Shown here piece after piece: positions 49,342-58,183 of a stretch of DNA of 64,000 nt. Numbering within the stretch: the stretch's first letter is position 1; each line of letters starts with the position of its first letter. Origin of the DNA: Minisyncoccia bacterium (GTDB lineage: Bacteria; Patescibacteriota; Minisyncoccia; Phycocordibacterales; UBA9973). The notes under the pieces are model-generated. The model was not told the origin of the DNA. It saw nothing but the letters and a program-made list of their open reading frames with translations, and did not search any database. Made by a program: the position numbers and the translations under genes. Location: assembly GCA_038251535.1 (NCBI GenBank), contig JBBSBF010000002.1, positions 2,220-66,219 of the forward strand. Direction: 5' to 3'.

Positions 49342-50197
49342 GTCCTTTCCATACGCCCCGATACCACGGTATGAGTGCCTGCGAACTCTTTTTTTGAAGT
49401 ACTCGTACAAATGCATATACCGTGATGAGTAGTGTGATGGCATAGACACGTTGTATGAAGGAAAAATTTTTTTGATAAAAAATAGTCATACTTTTCGATA
49501 ACTGTTCGAGTGCAAAGGTATTTGCTCGTTTTGATCCACCTGTTTCAATCTGGTGCCAAGCCTTCGCTTGGGGGACATAGTAGATATGGTGAGCGGTATG
49601 TGTACGCCAACAAAAATCCAAATCTTCAACATAAAAATAATACTGTTCATCAAAGTATCCAATCTGTTCGAAAAGTTTCGATCGTATGAGCATGACACAT
49701 CCGGTCACAAAGTCGACCTGTTGTGGCTCGTCGTTTATTTCGTTACGAATCACATTTTTCTGTGGCATGTGAATGTTCATTCGAGCATATGAGAAAAAAC
49801 CTCCAGCCTGCCAAATCTTGTTTCGTTGTGTTGCGTAGTATATCGTTGGTCCGACGATCATAGTGAGAGGGTCCCTATCACAGGGGGCAATGAGTTGTGA
49901 AAGTGTGGTCGGAGAAACTGTCGCGTCGTCATTGATGAGTAAGACGTAGTCTGAGTTTTCGCCGAGTGCTTTTCGTATACCTTGATTTACTGCATGGGCA
50001 AATCCCATGTTTGTTTTGTTTTGAATGTATGGTAATGATGGAAATGCATGTTGCACTGGGGCTAATGCTGCTTCGGTGCCATTGTTTACGATGATGATAC
50101 GAACGATCACACCTTGGCTTTTTAATAAAGAATGTATAGCCGCAATTGTTTCTTGTGGTTTTTGATAATGAATAATGATTGCGGTAACGGTAGGCAT
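49325..50197 (-). CDS. Glycosyltransferase family 2
   Basis: N.GFA.AVNQG, LINDD, FDEQYYFYVEDLD. Confidence 0.9.
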   Translation of the reverse strand: MPTVTAIIIHYQKPQETIAAIHSLLKSQGVIVRIIIVNNGTEAALAPVQHAFPSLPYIQNKTNMGFAHAVNQGIRKALGENSDYVLLINDDATVSPTTLSQLIAPCDRDPLTMIVGPTIYYATQRNKIWQAGGFFSYARMNIHMPQKNVIRNEINDEPQQVDFVTGCVMLIRSKLFEQIGYFDEQYYFYVEDLDFCWRTHTAHHIYYVPQAKAWHQIETGGSKRANTFALEQLSKSMTIFYQKNFSFIQRVYAITLLITVYAFVRVLQKKSSQALIPWYRGVWKGLIGYR

Positions 50198-50198
50198 A

Positions 50199-51338
50199 TT
50201 ATTTGAGGATTGATGCTGCTATTGCCTTACGATTTAAGACACTTCTCCAGTACGTAGCAATCGCGTGCGGGTCTCGCTTGTTTTCCTCCCATGCAGAAAT
50301 CTCATATAAAAGCGCTTCTTTTTGGTCACTGTACGTATTTTTTTTCGCAACGGTACCACTGTTGTTGTGTGTTAAAAAATGCGCGTATTCTAGTGGACTT
50401 GCAACAAGAGTCATGCCACAACACACTGCTTCTGATGCTGACAAGTTGAAGCCTTCCCATCGAGATGGAATAAAAAGAATTTGGCTGTTGAGTAAATGTT
50501 TTTGTACAAGCAATGCATGCGAGAGTGGCTTGAAGATAGCGACATTTTTTAGCTGTGAAAAATACGAACTATGGCTACCAATAACAGAAAATGAGTATTG
50601 AGGAAAAAGGCGTGGTATCGTTGTTAGTATTTTTTTAAGAACCTCTCTGTTTTTTGACCGATCATTCCATCTGCCGATTGAGATGATGCGTTGTTCTTTG
50701 TGGGTTGGTAGTGGTGCATCAATAATATCTTGACTGACAGGGTTTGGAATCACTCTAATTTTTTCCGATAGTCCGGGCATGTTCCAGTAGGATAATATTT
50801 TTGTGAGATTTTCTTTTGCGAGAGGGGATTCGATGATGGTAGTGTCAGCTAAGGCTATTTGCTGTAGTCGGTTGCGATGGAAAAATCCGATTGGAAATAT
50901 CCACTGCACTGACCGAATACTCCAATAGATAAAGTCTCGCACACTACTCCAGTATCCCGCACCTCGCAGATATGAAGGACGCAATGGATATCCAAGTCTT
51001 CCGTCACTATCGAGTTTTATAGCAGTTTTAATTTGGTTTAATACAAGAGCCTTGATGATCGGTGTAAGTGTGTACGAAAGCCAGGTATAACAAAGGATGA
51101 AATCAATCGTCTGGTTTGTTGTTTGTTCTTTCCAAAAAGATGCTCGTTTTGCATCTGCTTTTGATATAAGCATAGTGGGAATGTTTGCATCTGGATGAAC
51201 TGATGAAGAAAATGTATACACAGTGACACGATGGCCTAAATCTATAAATCCAAGGAGTATTTGGCCCACATCTTTTGTAAGCATGTACGAATCAAATGTT
51301 GGGATAAATAACACGATATTTTTAGGCATTTTTTCCAT
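50199..51338 (-). CDS. Glycosyltransferase family 4
   Basis: VIPNPV, IGRW, PSRWEGF.L...EA. Confidence 0.85.
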   Translation of the reverse strand: MEKMPKNIVLFIPTFDSYMLTKDVGQILLGFIDLGHRVTVYTFSSSVHPDANIPTMLISKADAKRASFWKEQTTNQTIDFILCYTWLSYTLTPIIKALVLNQIKTAIKLDSDGRLGYPLRPSYLRGAGYWSSVRDFIYWSIRSVQWIFPIGFFHRNRLQQIALADTTIIESPLAKENLTKILSYWNMPGLSEKIRVIPNPVSQDIIDAPLPTHKEQRIISIGRWNDRSKNREVLKKILTTIPRLFPQYSFSVIGSHSSYFSQLKNVAIFKPLSHALLVQKHLLNSQILFIPSRWEGFNLSASEAVCCGMTLVASPLEYAHFLTHNNSGTVAKKNTYSDQKEALLYEISAWEENKRDPHAIATYWRSVLNRKAIAASILK

Positions 51339-51369
51339 GATATGATGTAATGATAACACACGTAACTGT

Positions 51370-52596
51370 ATGCATGATCGCCCAAAAGTATTGGTTTTAC
51401 TGTCGAGAATACCGTATCCCCATACTGATGGTACTCGGTTTAAGGTTTACAACAATATCCTGGGAGGGCTTTCGGAGCTCTACGACGTAGAGTTGTTGAT
51501 CGTGACGAACGATCGCCTTACAAAGGAGGCAGAAGAAGCATTATCTAAGGTCTCGAATAAATTTCACTACTTTTATTTACCGCTTACGGTACGGATTAAA
51601 AATATTTTTCGCGCCATCTTTTCCTCGCTACCATTTCAAGCGCGACTGTATCGTTCGACCAAGGCGCTTCATTTTTTTGTGTCTCATCTCAAGCACTATG
51701 ATGCTGTGTATGTGCACACATTGCGTATGGCGATCTATGCTGACGCAAGTAAAGATACAGACAAGATACTTATTGATTTTAATGACGCGATTTCATTGAA
51801 CTATATCGAAGCGAAAAAAAAGGCGTCACTGTTGTGGCGGGTAATATACTCAATTGAACTACAAAGGGTACGTTATTATGAGAGGGCACTTTTGCTCCGC
51901 TACTGTTATTTTTGTTGTGTATCACCGTATGATCGATCGTATCTTTTGGAAAATATTTCAGGAGATTTGCAAAAAAATATAGTATTTAACATAGTTCCAC
52001 ACGGCATTTCTGATGATCTCATTGGTCTCAAGAAAGAGCACAATGAAACTATTACGCGATTAATATTTTTGGGAAATTTGGAGTATCCTCCCAACACTGA
52101 TGCGATGCGATATTTTTTCAACACCGTATGGCGTGGCATACGTACTCGCTACCCACATATCACACTCACCGTGATCGGTAAGGGGCGAGAAATATTTAAC
52201 CATGCGATTGACGGAGTTACTTTTTTGGGATTTGTTGAAGATCACGGGAGTGAGTTGGCGGCACACGATGTATTTATTTCCCCACTGCGTTTTGGGGCAG
52301 GGATTCCGAGTAAAATATTGGAGGCGATGGGTGTTGGATTACCTATTCTCGGCACAACGTTTTCGTTTCGCGGTATTTCTGGCGTAGACTCGTCTTTGTG
52401 TGGAGCGTTAGTTGAGCGAGTGGGTACTGTTAATGAGTGGGTTTCTGCGATCGAAATACTTGGACCAAAGGTAACGAGAGCCCGTATTGGGTTGCACAAT
52501 CGAGAGGTGATTGATCGACTGTACTCCAACTATCAAAGCAAAAAAGTATACCAACAGTTAGTTGGGGAAATTATTTCAAAAAATAGCGCCGTTTAA
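51370..52596 (+). CDS. Glycosyltransferase family 4
   Basis: FLGNLEYPPN, PLRFGAGIPSKILEAM. Confidence 0.88.
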   Translation: MHDRPKVLVLLSRIPYPHTDGTRFKVYNNILGGLSELYDVELLIVTNDRLTKEAEEALSKVSNKFHYFYLPLTVRIKNIFRAIFSSLPFQARLYRSTKALHFFVSHLKHYDAVYVHTLRMAIYADASKDTDKILIDFNDAISLNYIEAKKKASLLWRVIYSIELQRVRYYERALLLRYCYFCCVSPYDRSYLLENISGDLQKNIVFNIVPHGISDDLIGLKKEHNETITRLIFLGNLEYPPNTDAMRYFFNTVWRGIRTRYPHITLTVIGKGREIFNHAIDGVTFLGFVEDHGSELAAHDVFISPLRFGAGIPSKILEAMGVGLPILGTTFSFRGISGVDSSLCGALVERVGTVNEWVSAIEILGPKVTRARIGLHNREVIDRLYSNYQSKKVYQQLVGEIISKNSAV

Positions 52597-54022
52597 AAAA
52601 CATCATTCCTTTGTAAAAAAATGGTTCTTTGTATGAAATCAACACGCTAATATAGACCACCATCGATAGTACGACAGGGATCCATAGATGCACTCGGCGA
52701 GGAGTGACGAAAACTATGACGATCATACACAGCGCTGCAATGACGTACTTTTTCAACTGTTCCATGATTGGTCTTGTTTCGATATCGGCGACGAACCATC
52801 CAGTGATAGTAAGGGTCAAAAGTGATATCGTTGTTGCGATGGCGGCACCGATAGTATGAAAATACTTTGTGAGAAAATAAATGAGTACGATATTTAGTAC
52901 CACGGTGCATAGATGTGAGTAAATATAGTTCCACTGTTTTTGTTTGGCGATAACGCTATTGTTGATGAGGTGGAGAGGAAAGACGGCGATGATACTCGTC
53001 AGCAATATACTAAATATTGGGACTGATGCTTTGAAGCTCTCTCCAAATGCAATGTGGACAATAGATGGAGCAATGGCGATACCTATGATGACGATCGGAA
53101 AAGAGAAACCGATAAGCGCAGAAAGTATGATGTTGAATTGAGTTGATTGTGACGAAGGATCTTTGATCATCGACGGGAGGAGCGCGAGACTTATTAAATA
53201 TGGGACCATGTACATGATTTGGATCAGTCGCTGACCTGCTGCATAGATACCTAGACTATATGAGCCCTGGAGCCACCCAACCACGACGGTGTCTATGTTA
53301 AAGATGACTGTAGTAGAGAAAAGGAGTAAACCAAAAGGTATCATTTCTTTCCAGATGTTTTTTAGCGCACGAGTTGGTCTTTGTTTGAGATCTGTCTTCA
53401 CATATCGACCAAAAAAAATCATAACGAGCGCAACTGCTGCGGTACTCCCGATAGCATATGCCGCAACCAATGATGCTGCTGAATGAAATCGATACAATAC
53501 AAATACTCCGATTGATGCCGTGGCGATGTTTGCAGCAATCTTTATTGCCGCTTCTGCTTCCATCTTTTCATGTGCACGGATAATGCCAAACAAAAAATCT
53601 TTGAATGAATCAACTACAGTAAAGATGGCAATCCAGAAGATCAAGTGTGACGTGACGCTGATTTTTGTACTAATGCAAAAAAACACCACAATACAAACAT
53701 AGGTACACAACAGTAAAAGGTACTTGAGAAAGATACTGCTATAGATATAATCGTTACGTCTGTTGTGTGGAGCAAATGAAAATTCTCTCGCAGCAAGTGT
53801 GTGCAATCCCATATCTGAAAAGAATGAAAAGACTAGTGCTATCGAGAGTCCATATGAAAATATACCCCACTCTTGTACTCCGAGCATTCGAGCACCAAAA
53901 ATGATGAGCGCGATTTTGATCACTCGACTTACTCCTTCACCGATAAAAAGCCAAAGAGTGTTTTTTGCAACTGTTTGTGTTGCCGTTGTGTTTTTAAATA
54001 AAAATTTTTTTAAACTAGACAT
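52571..54022 (-). CDS. Polysaccharide flippase (Wzx-like)
   Basis: KNTLWL..GE, AR.LG...G, D.GL, many TMs. Confidence 0.88.
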   Translation of the reverse strand: MSSLKKFLFKNTTATQTVAKNTLWLFIGEGVSRVIKIALIIFGARMLGVQEWGIFSYGLSIALVFSFFSDMGLHTLAAREFSFAPHNRRNDYIYSSIFLKYLLLLCTYVCIVVFFCISTKISVTSHLIFWIAIFTVVDSFKDFLFGIIRAHEKMEAEAAIKIAANIATASIGVFVLYRFHSAASLVAAYAIGSTAAVALVMIFFGRYVKTDLKQRPTRALKNIWKEMIPFGLLLFSTTVIFNIDTVVVGWLQGSYSLGIYAAGQRLIQIMYMVPYLISLALLPSMIKDPSSQSTQFNIILSALIGFSFPIVIIGIAIAPSIVHIAFGESFKASVPIFSILLTSIIAVFPLHLINNSVIAKQKQWNYIYSHLCTVVLNIVLIYFLTKYFHTIGAAIATTISLLTLTITGWFVADIETRPIMEQLKKYVIAALCMIVIVFVTPRRVHLWIPVVLSMVVYISVLISYKEPFFYKGMMFFKRRYFLK

Positions 54023-54024
54023 GA

Positions 54025-55299
54025 TTAGTGGGTAAAGATAATCTGTATCGTTTTTAGGCTGATACCAATATCGAGCAATATATTTTTGTTTCGGATGTAA
54101 TAAAGATCATACTCAAATTTTTCTTTTGAATCCGCAATCGATCGTGCATAGCGGTATTTGATCTGTGCCCAGCCAGTGAATCCGGGTCTAATAGTGTGTC
54201 TGAGGTAATAGTAGGGAATATGTTTCTCAAGCTCTGCGACAAATTCCGGACGTTCGGCACGGGGGCCAATAAGGGCGAGGTCTCCTCGGATAATATTGTA
54301 CATTTGTGGGATCTCATCGATATGGGTCTTTCGCAAGATCTTGCCGACTCGGGTAATGCGTGGGTCAGTCTCCTCTGCCCACTGTGCCCCTAATTTTTCA
54401 GCACGCTTCTTCATTGATCGAAGTTTGTAGATAATAAAGGATGCATTGTTTTTCCCTACACGCGTTTGCCCATAAAATATGGGAGAACCATCTTCAAGAT
54501 ATATAGCAATTGCGGCGAGTAGTATGATCGGAGCGGTTACTATCAATACAATACTCGCAATCAGTATCTCTAAAGCTCGGGTGAAAAATCTGTTTCCGCG
54601 GAAATGATTGCTACTCAACACGTCAAGTGCTATTTGATCGCTCATGAGTTCAAGAGGAAATGTTCCAAGGAGGGAAGCATACGCCTCAAGGAGTGAAAGG
54701 CTTGGTGCATTTATTTTTTGTGAGAGGAGGTGGAGATCGTACGGGTCCGTTTGGTGAGCAATGATGAGGTCAACAGGGTTCTCGATCGATCGTGGGGTGG
54801 TATCCCAGTGCCCCACGACGATGCCGATATGGGAATGCTTTGACAAAGCATCTGAAAGCAGGTGTATGGTCGGAGTCGACCCAATGAGCGCAATGCGCCG
54901 TTTAAATCTAAACGCATACAAGTGATAAAATGCCCTTCTCCAAAGTAAGAGTAGTATAAAACTAGTACCGATCAAGATCGCGAGGTTGGTTTTAGGGCTG
55001 ATGCCAGTGTTTGGAGTTAGATAAAATAACACAACGGCGAGCACGGTATTTACCCCCATCGCTGCAACGAGTTGCCCAATGTTGCGAGCGTTTGGATTGA
55101 TGCGAGATATATCGTACAGATCAAATATAAAAAAAACGATGAGCCATATCAGGAACATGACACCAAAGACCATCACTTCATACCAAATATGAGTGCCTTG
55201 AGCACCGACGTCAAATCTGACGATGGCCATGATCGCAAGCGATAGGACGAGCGCGAGGACGTCTCCGAGTAATAGCAGGATCTTTTGGTGGGAAAACAT
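54025..55299 (-). CDS. Undecaprenyl-phosphate priming sugar transferase (WcaJ/WbaP-like)
   Basis: YKLRSM, DPRITRVG..LRKTHIDEIPQ, GPRAER, PGFTGWAQ; start reset to MFSHQK. Confidence 0.92.
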   Translation of the reverse strand: MFSHQKILLLLGDVLALVLSLAIMAIVRFDVGAQGTHIWYEVMVFGVMFLIWLIVFFIFDLYDISRINPNARNIGQLVAAMGVNTVLAVVLFYLTPNTGISPKTNLAILIGTSFILLLLWRRAFYHLYAFRFKRRIALIGSTPTIHLLSDALSKHSHIGIVVGHWDTTPRSIENPVDLIIAHQTDPYDLHLLSQKINAPSLSLLEAYASLLGTFPLELMSDQIALDVLSSNHFRGNRFFTRALEILIASIVLIVTAPIILLAAIAIYLEDGSPIFYGQTRVGKNNASFIIYKLRSMKKRAEKLGAQWAEETDPRITRVGKILRKTHIDEIPQMYNIIRGDLALIGPRAERPEFVAELEKHIPYYYLRHTIRPGFTGWAQIKYRYARSIADSKEKFEYDLYYIRNKNILLDIGISLKTIQIIFTH

Positions 55300-55407
55300 G
55301 CAAAAATTATATAATAATTTGTGATTTTGTACAGTATGTCCAAAAGACATTCTTATGTACACTACAGGTATTACCATAAGTGGATAATCATAGTAAAAAG
55401 AGTACGT

Positions 55408-56079
55408 ATGAACAACGAACAAAACAACCAACAAAATCAGAATAACCAGCGTAACAATAATCAAAATCAGCACAATCAGCACAATCAACAACCAAAACCA
55501 GAGCAGCCGCAACAGCGCCACCCTGAAATGTCTCCAGAAGCTCCAGAGTCACAGGAACGAAACAAAAAAGCGATGAAAGGTATTGGGATCGCGCTCATCA
55601 TCATTGTCGTCGTCGTATTGGCCGCAAGCGGTAAATGGTTTAAATCGAGCGACAAAACAACGACTGACCAATCGCTTACTACCGACACACTCCCAGAAGG
55701 TTGTAGTGAAGGATCACTCTTTAGTGCGACAACAGGTAAACCATGTCCAAGTACTCCAACAACCATCGGAGGAGATTCCATGAAGGCTGACAAACCTGAT
55801 ACGACTGAAACATCCGGCTACGATGAAGCGATCAAGGCATACGCCGGCAAAATGATTGCATTTGATGGAGATTGCAAACCAGCACCTGCTTCTCCAGAGT
55901 TTGCTATCGGCACGCGCATATTGGTTGCCAACAATTCTGAAAAGACACTCATACTCTCTGCGAGTGGACGGACTGAAACACTCGATCGATATCATTACTT
56001 TACCGTCACACTCCCTATCGGTGGGATGACAGATGTATCTTGCAATGGTGCAGTTGCGGCGACTGTAATGGTCAAATAG
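55408..56079 (+). CDS. Membrane-anchored hypothetical protein with N/Q-rich N-terminus and Cys motif
   Basis: NQ low-complexity region, TM, LPEGC....FSATTGKPC. Confidence 0.75.
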   Translation: MNNEQNNQQNQNNQRNNNQNQHNQHNQQPKPEQPQQRHPEMSPEAPESQERNKKAMKGIGIALIIIVVVVLAASGKWFKSSDKTTTDQSLTTDTLPEGCSEGSLFSATTGKPCPSTPTTIGGDSMKADKPDTTETSGYDEAIKAYAGKMIAFDGDCKPAPASPEFAIGTRILVANNSEKTLILSASGRTETLDRYHYFTVTLPIGGMTDVSCNGAVAATVMVK

Positions 56080-56098
56080 AATATCACCGTACGTTGAT

Positions 56099-56133
56099 AG
56101 AAAAACACCCTCTGTTACAGAGGGTGTTTTTCT
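56099..56133 (+). terminator. Intrinsic terminator
   Basis: agaaaaacaccctctgt-t-acagagggtgtttttct. Confidence 0.8.
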
Positions 56134-56150
56134 TGGTGTATACTCCTGAC

Positions 56151-56417
56151 ATGGAATCTACCCCTAAAACAACAATATTGTGGTTTCGCGCCAAGCGGTA
56201 TGGGTACGGCTGGTACCCAAGTTCGTGGCAAGGATGGGCAGTGCTCGTCATGTATTTGTTTGCTGTTACGTGGGATTTCCTCGCATTAGATGGGCAATCG
56301 CACTCTGTATCTGATACACTCATCGGATTTTTCCCACACTTTTATATCCTCACAGTCTTTCTTATTATCATTTGTGAAGCAAAAGGAGAGAAGGCGAAAT
56401 GGAGGTGGGGGAAATAA
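56151..56417 (+). CDS. Small membrane protein (WF.AKRYG.GW.P..WQGW family)
   Basis: 88-aa ORF, 2 TM, WRWG C-terminus. Confidence 0.75.
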   Translation: MESTPKTTILWFRAKRYGYGWYPSSWQGWAVLVMYLFAVTWDFLALDGQSHSVSDTLIGFFPHFYILTVFLIIICEAKGEKAKWRWGK

Positions 56418-56437
56418 AAAAACATAGGAGTTTGAAC

Positions 56438-56938
56438 CTATGTTTTTAGTTTCGGAGTGAATAGTAAGTGAATTTTCTCTAATTTGTGAAGTAATTCTCT
56501 CGCCATAGGTTTTTCAGTATCAAATAAGAAGTAGCAAATAATTGAACCTATAGCAAACTGAGTATCAACTATTATCTGAGTGAGTACGCCTTTTTGGATA
56601 TGTACTGCACCTATTCCAGGTAATAATATTTTTTGAATGGAAATTTTTTGGGTTCCTAAAATGTCTTTTCTAATAAGTTCGTTCTTTAGAAATACGGGGA
56701 AGGTTTCCCAGCGAGAAAGAAGTTCAAGACCCTTTATGATTTCAGAAACTTTTTCATTACTTAAGTTATTTTCGACGAATACAGAAAGACTTTTCTGAAA
56801 ATCATTTATTTCGAAGAGTATTCCCGGGAGGAATCTTTCTATTAATTCTAACTCTTCATCACTGAGCTTTTTTATATTTAAAAAGCGATTTTTGTTGCTT
56901 ATATTTTGATCCACTAACCTTTTCTTTTTGGTGTACAT
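56438..56938 (-). CDS. AT-rich hypothetical protein
   Basis: 166-aa ORF with TTGACA-type promoter upstream. Confidence 0.65.
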   Translation of the reverse strand: MYTKKKRLVDQNISNKNRFLNIKKLSDEELELIERFLPGILFEINDFQKSLSVFVENNLSNEKVSEIIKGLELLSRWETFPVFLKNELIRKDILGTQKISIQKILLPGIGAVHIQKGVLTQIIVDTQFAIGSIICYFLFDTEKPMARELLHKLEKIHLLFTPKLKT

Positions 56939-57008
56939 ATGAGTTGTTTTTGTTTAGATTACGTAAAATACATCATTTGTCAAATAAAGTATTTCTGCTA
57001 TAGTGTCC

Positions 57009-57086
57009 CTGTGTAGATCAAAGACAGCAGGGGACATTCATTTGTCTTAATATCCTGCCGAGGTCGAACTCTCTACGACTACACAG
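57009..57086 (+). promoter_or_regulatory. Ribosomal protein L10 leader
   Basis: AAGACAGCAGG..TTAATATCCTGCCGAGG core inside a ctgtgtag/ctacacag stem, upstream of rplJ. Confidence 0.85.
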
Positions 57087-57129
57087 TAGTTTTTACTAAC
57101 TACTATCTACTCACTAAATAACTAGTTCT

Positions 57130-57621
57130 ATGGCAATCACAAAAGATAAAAAAGTCTCTATCGTTGCCTCATTTGCTGACATGCTCAAGGATGCGCAATC
57201 AGTCGCATTTGTGCAATTTAGCAAGCTCACGGTAAAGGACGCCAATGCGCTCCGACGCAGCTTGCGTAGCGAGGGTATCACGTACAAAGTAGGAAAAAAG
57301 ACCCTACTCAAGCGTGTGCTCAGCGATATGGGCATTGTAGGTACACTCCCCGCACTCGAAGGCGAAATCGCGATAGCGGCAAGTACGGACCTTTTAGCTC
57401 CTGCACGAGTTGTGTATGAGTTCCAAAAAACGCACAAAGACATGATCACTCTTGTCGGAGGTATTTTTGAAGGAGCGTACAAGGACAAAGAAAGCATGAC
57501 CATGATTGCAACGATTCCTCCACGGGAAGTGTTGCTCTCGCAAATTGCCTACTTACTCAAGAGTCCGATGCAGCGTCTCGCTATTGCGGTCAACGAAGTC
57601 TCAAAAACAAAAAATGCGTAA
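57130..57621 (+). CDS. rplJ: 50S ribosomal protein L10
   Basis: LRR.LR, KKTLL, GG.FEG, IPPREVLL. Confidence 0.96.
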   Translation: MAITKDKKVSIVASFADMLKDAQSVAFVQFSKLTVKDANALRRSLRSEGITYKVGKKTLLKRVLSDMGIVGTLPALEGEIAIAASTDLLAPARVVYEFQKTHKDMITLVGGIFEGAYKDKESMTMIATIPPREVLLSQIAYLLKSPMQRLAIAVNEVSKTKNA

Positions 57622-57665
57622 GCATGGTACTCCTTACTATTTACTACTAACTACTAACTAATTAT

Positions 57666-58028
57666 ATGGCAACATTTGACAAATTTCTCACCGAACTCGA
57701 AGGAGCTTCAGTGATTGAACTAAACGATTTGGTAAAGGCGATCGAGGAAAAATTTGGTGTTTCAGCAGCTGCAGTTTCTGCAGCCCCTGCTGCGGCAGCA
57801 GGTCCTGTTGAAGAAAAAGACAGCTTTACTGTTGTGCTTGCTTCTGCAGGGGAACAGAAAATCGCCGTGATGAAGGCGGTGAAGGAAGCACTTGGGTTGG
57901 GTCTCAAGGAGGCAAAAGACCTCGTTGATGGCGCACCAGCGACCCTCAAGGACGGTATGAAGAAAGACGAAGCAGAAGCCCTCAAGAAATCTATCGAGGA
58001 GGCGGGTGGGAAGATCGAATTGAAATAA
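57666..58028 (+). CDS. rplL: 50S ribosomal protein L7/L12
   Basis: [25 protein letters not shown]. Confidence 0.98.
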   Translation: MATFDKFLTELEGASVIELNDLVKAIEEKFGVSAAAVSAAPAAAAGPVEEKDSFTVVLASAGEQKIAVMKAVKEALGLGLKEAKDLVDGAPATLKDGMKKDEAEALKKSIEEAGGKIELK

Positions 58029-58049
58029 TTCAAAGTATTTCATGCGCAC

Positions 58050-58080
58050 AAAAAACTCCGATTATTCGGAGTTTTTTTGT
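58050..58080 (+). terminator. Intrinsic terminator
   Basis: aaaaaactccga-ttat-tcggagttttttt. Confidence 0.85.
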
Positions 58081-58183
58081 TGGGAGATTTTGACGAAGCG
58101 CACATTTTGAACATACAGTGCTTATAACTGAAGGGGGAGCGGAGATACTTACTAAATAAAGAGAATTTTGGTAAACTAGAAGT

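Noticed and set aside
55300-55521. Hydrophobic N-terminal extension of the priming sugar transferase
   Set aside because: It is the antisense reading of the N/Q-rich start of the divergent gene; the real start is probably 55299
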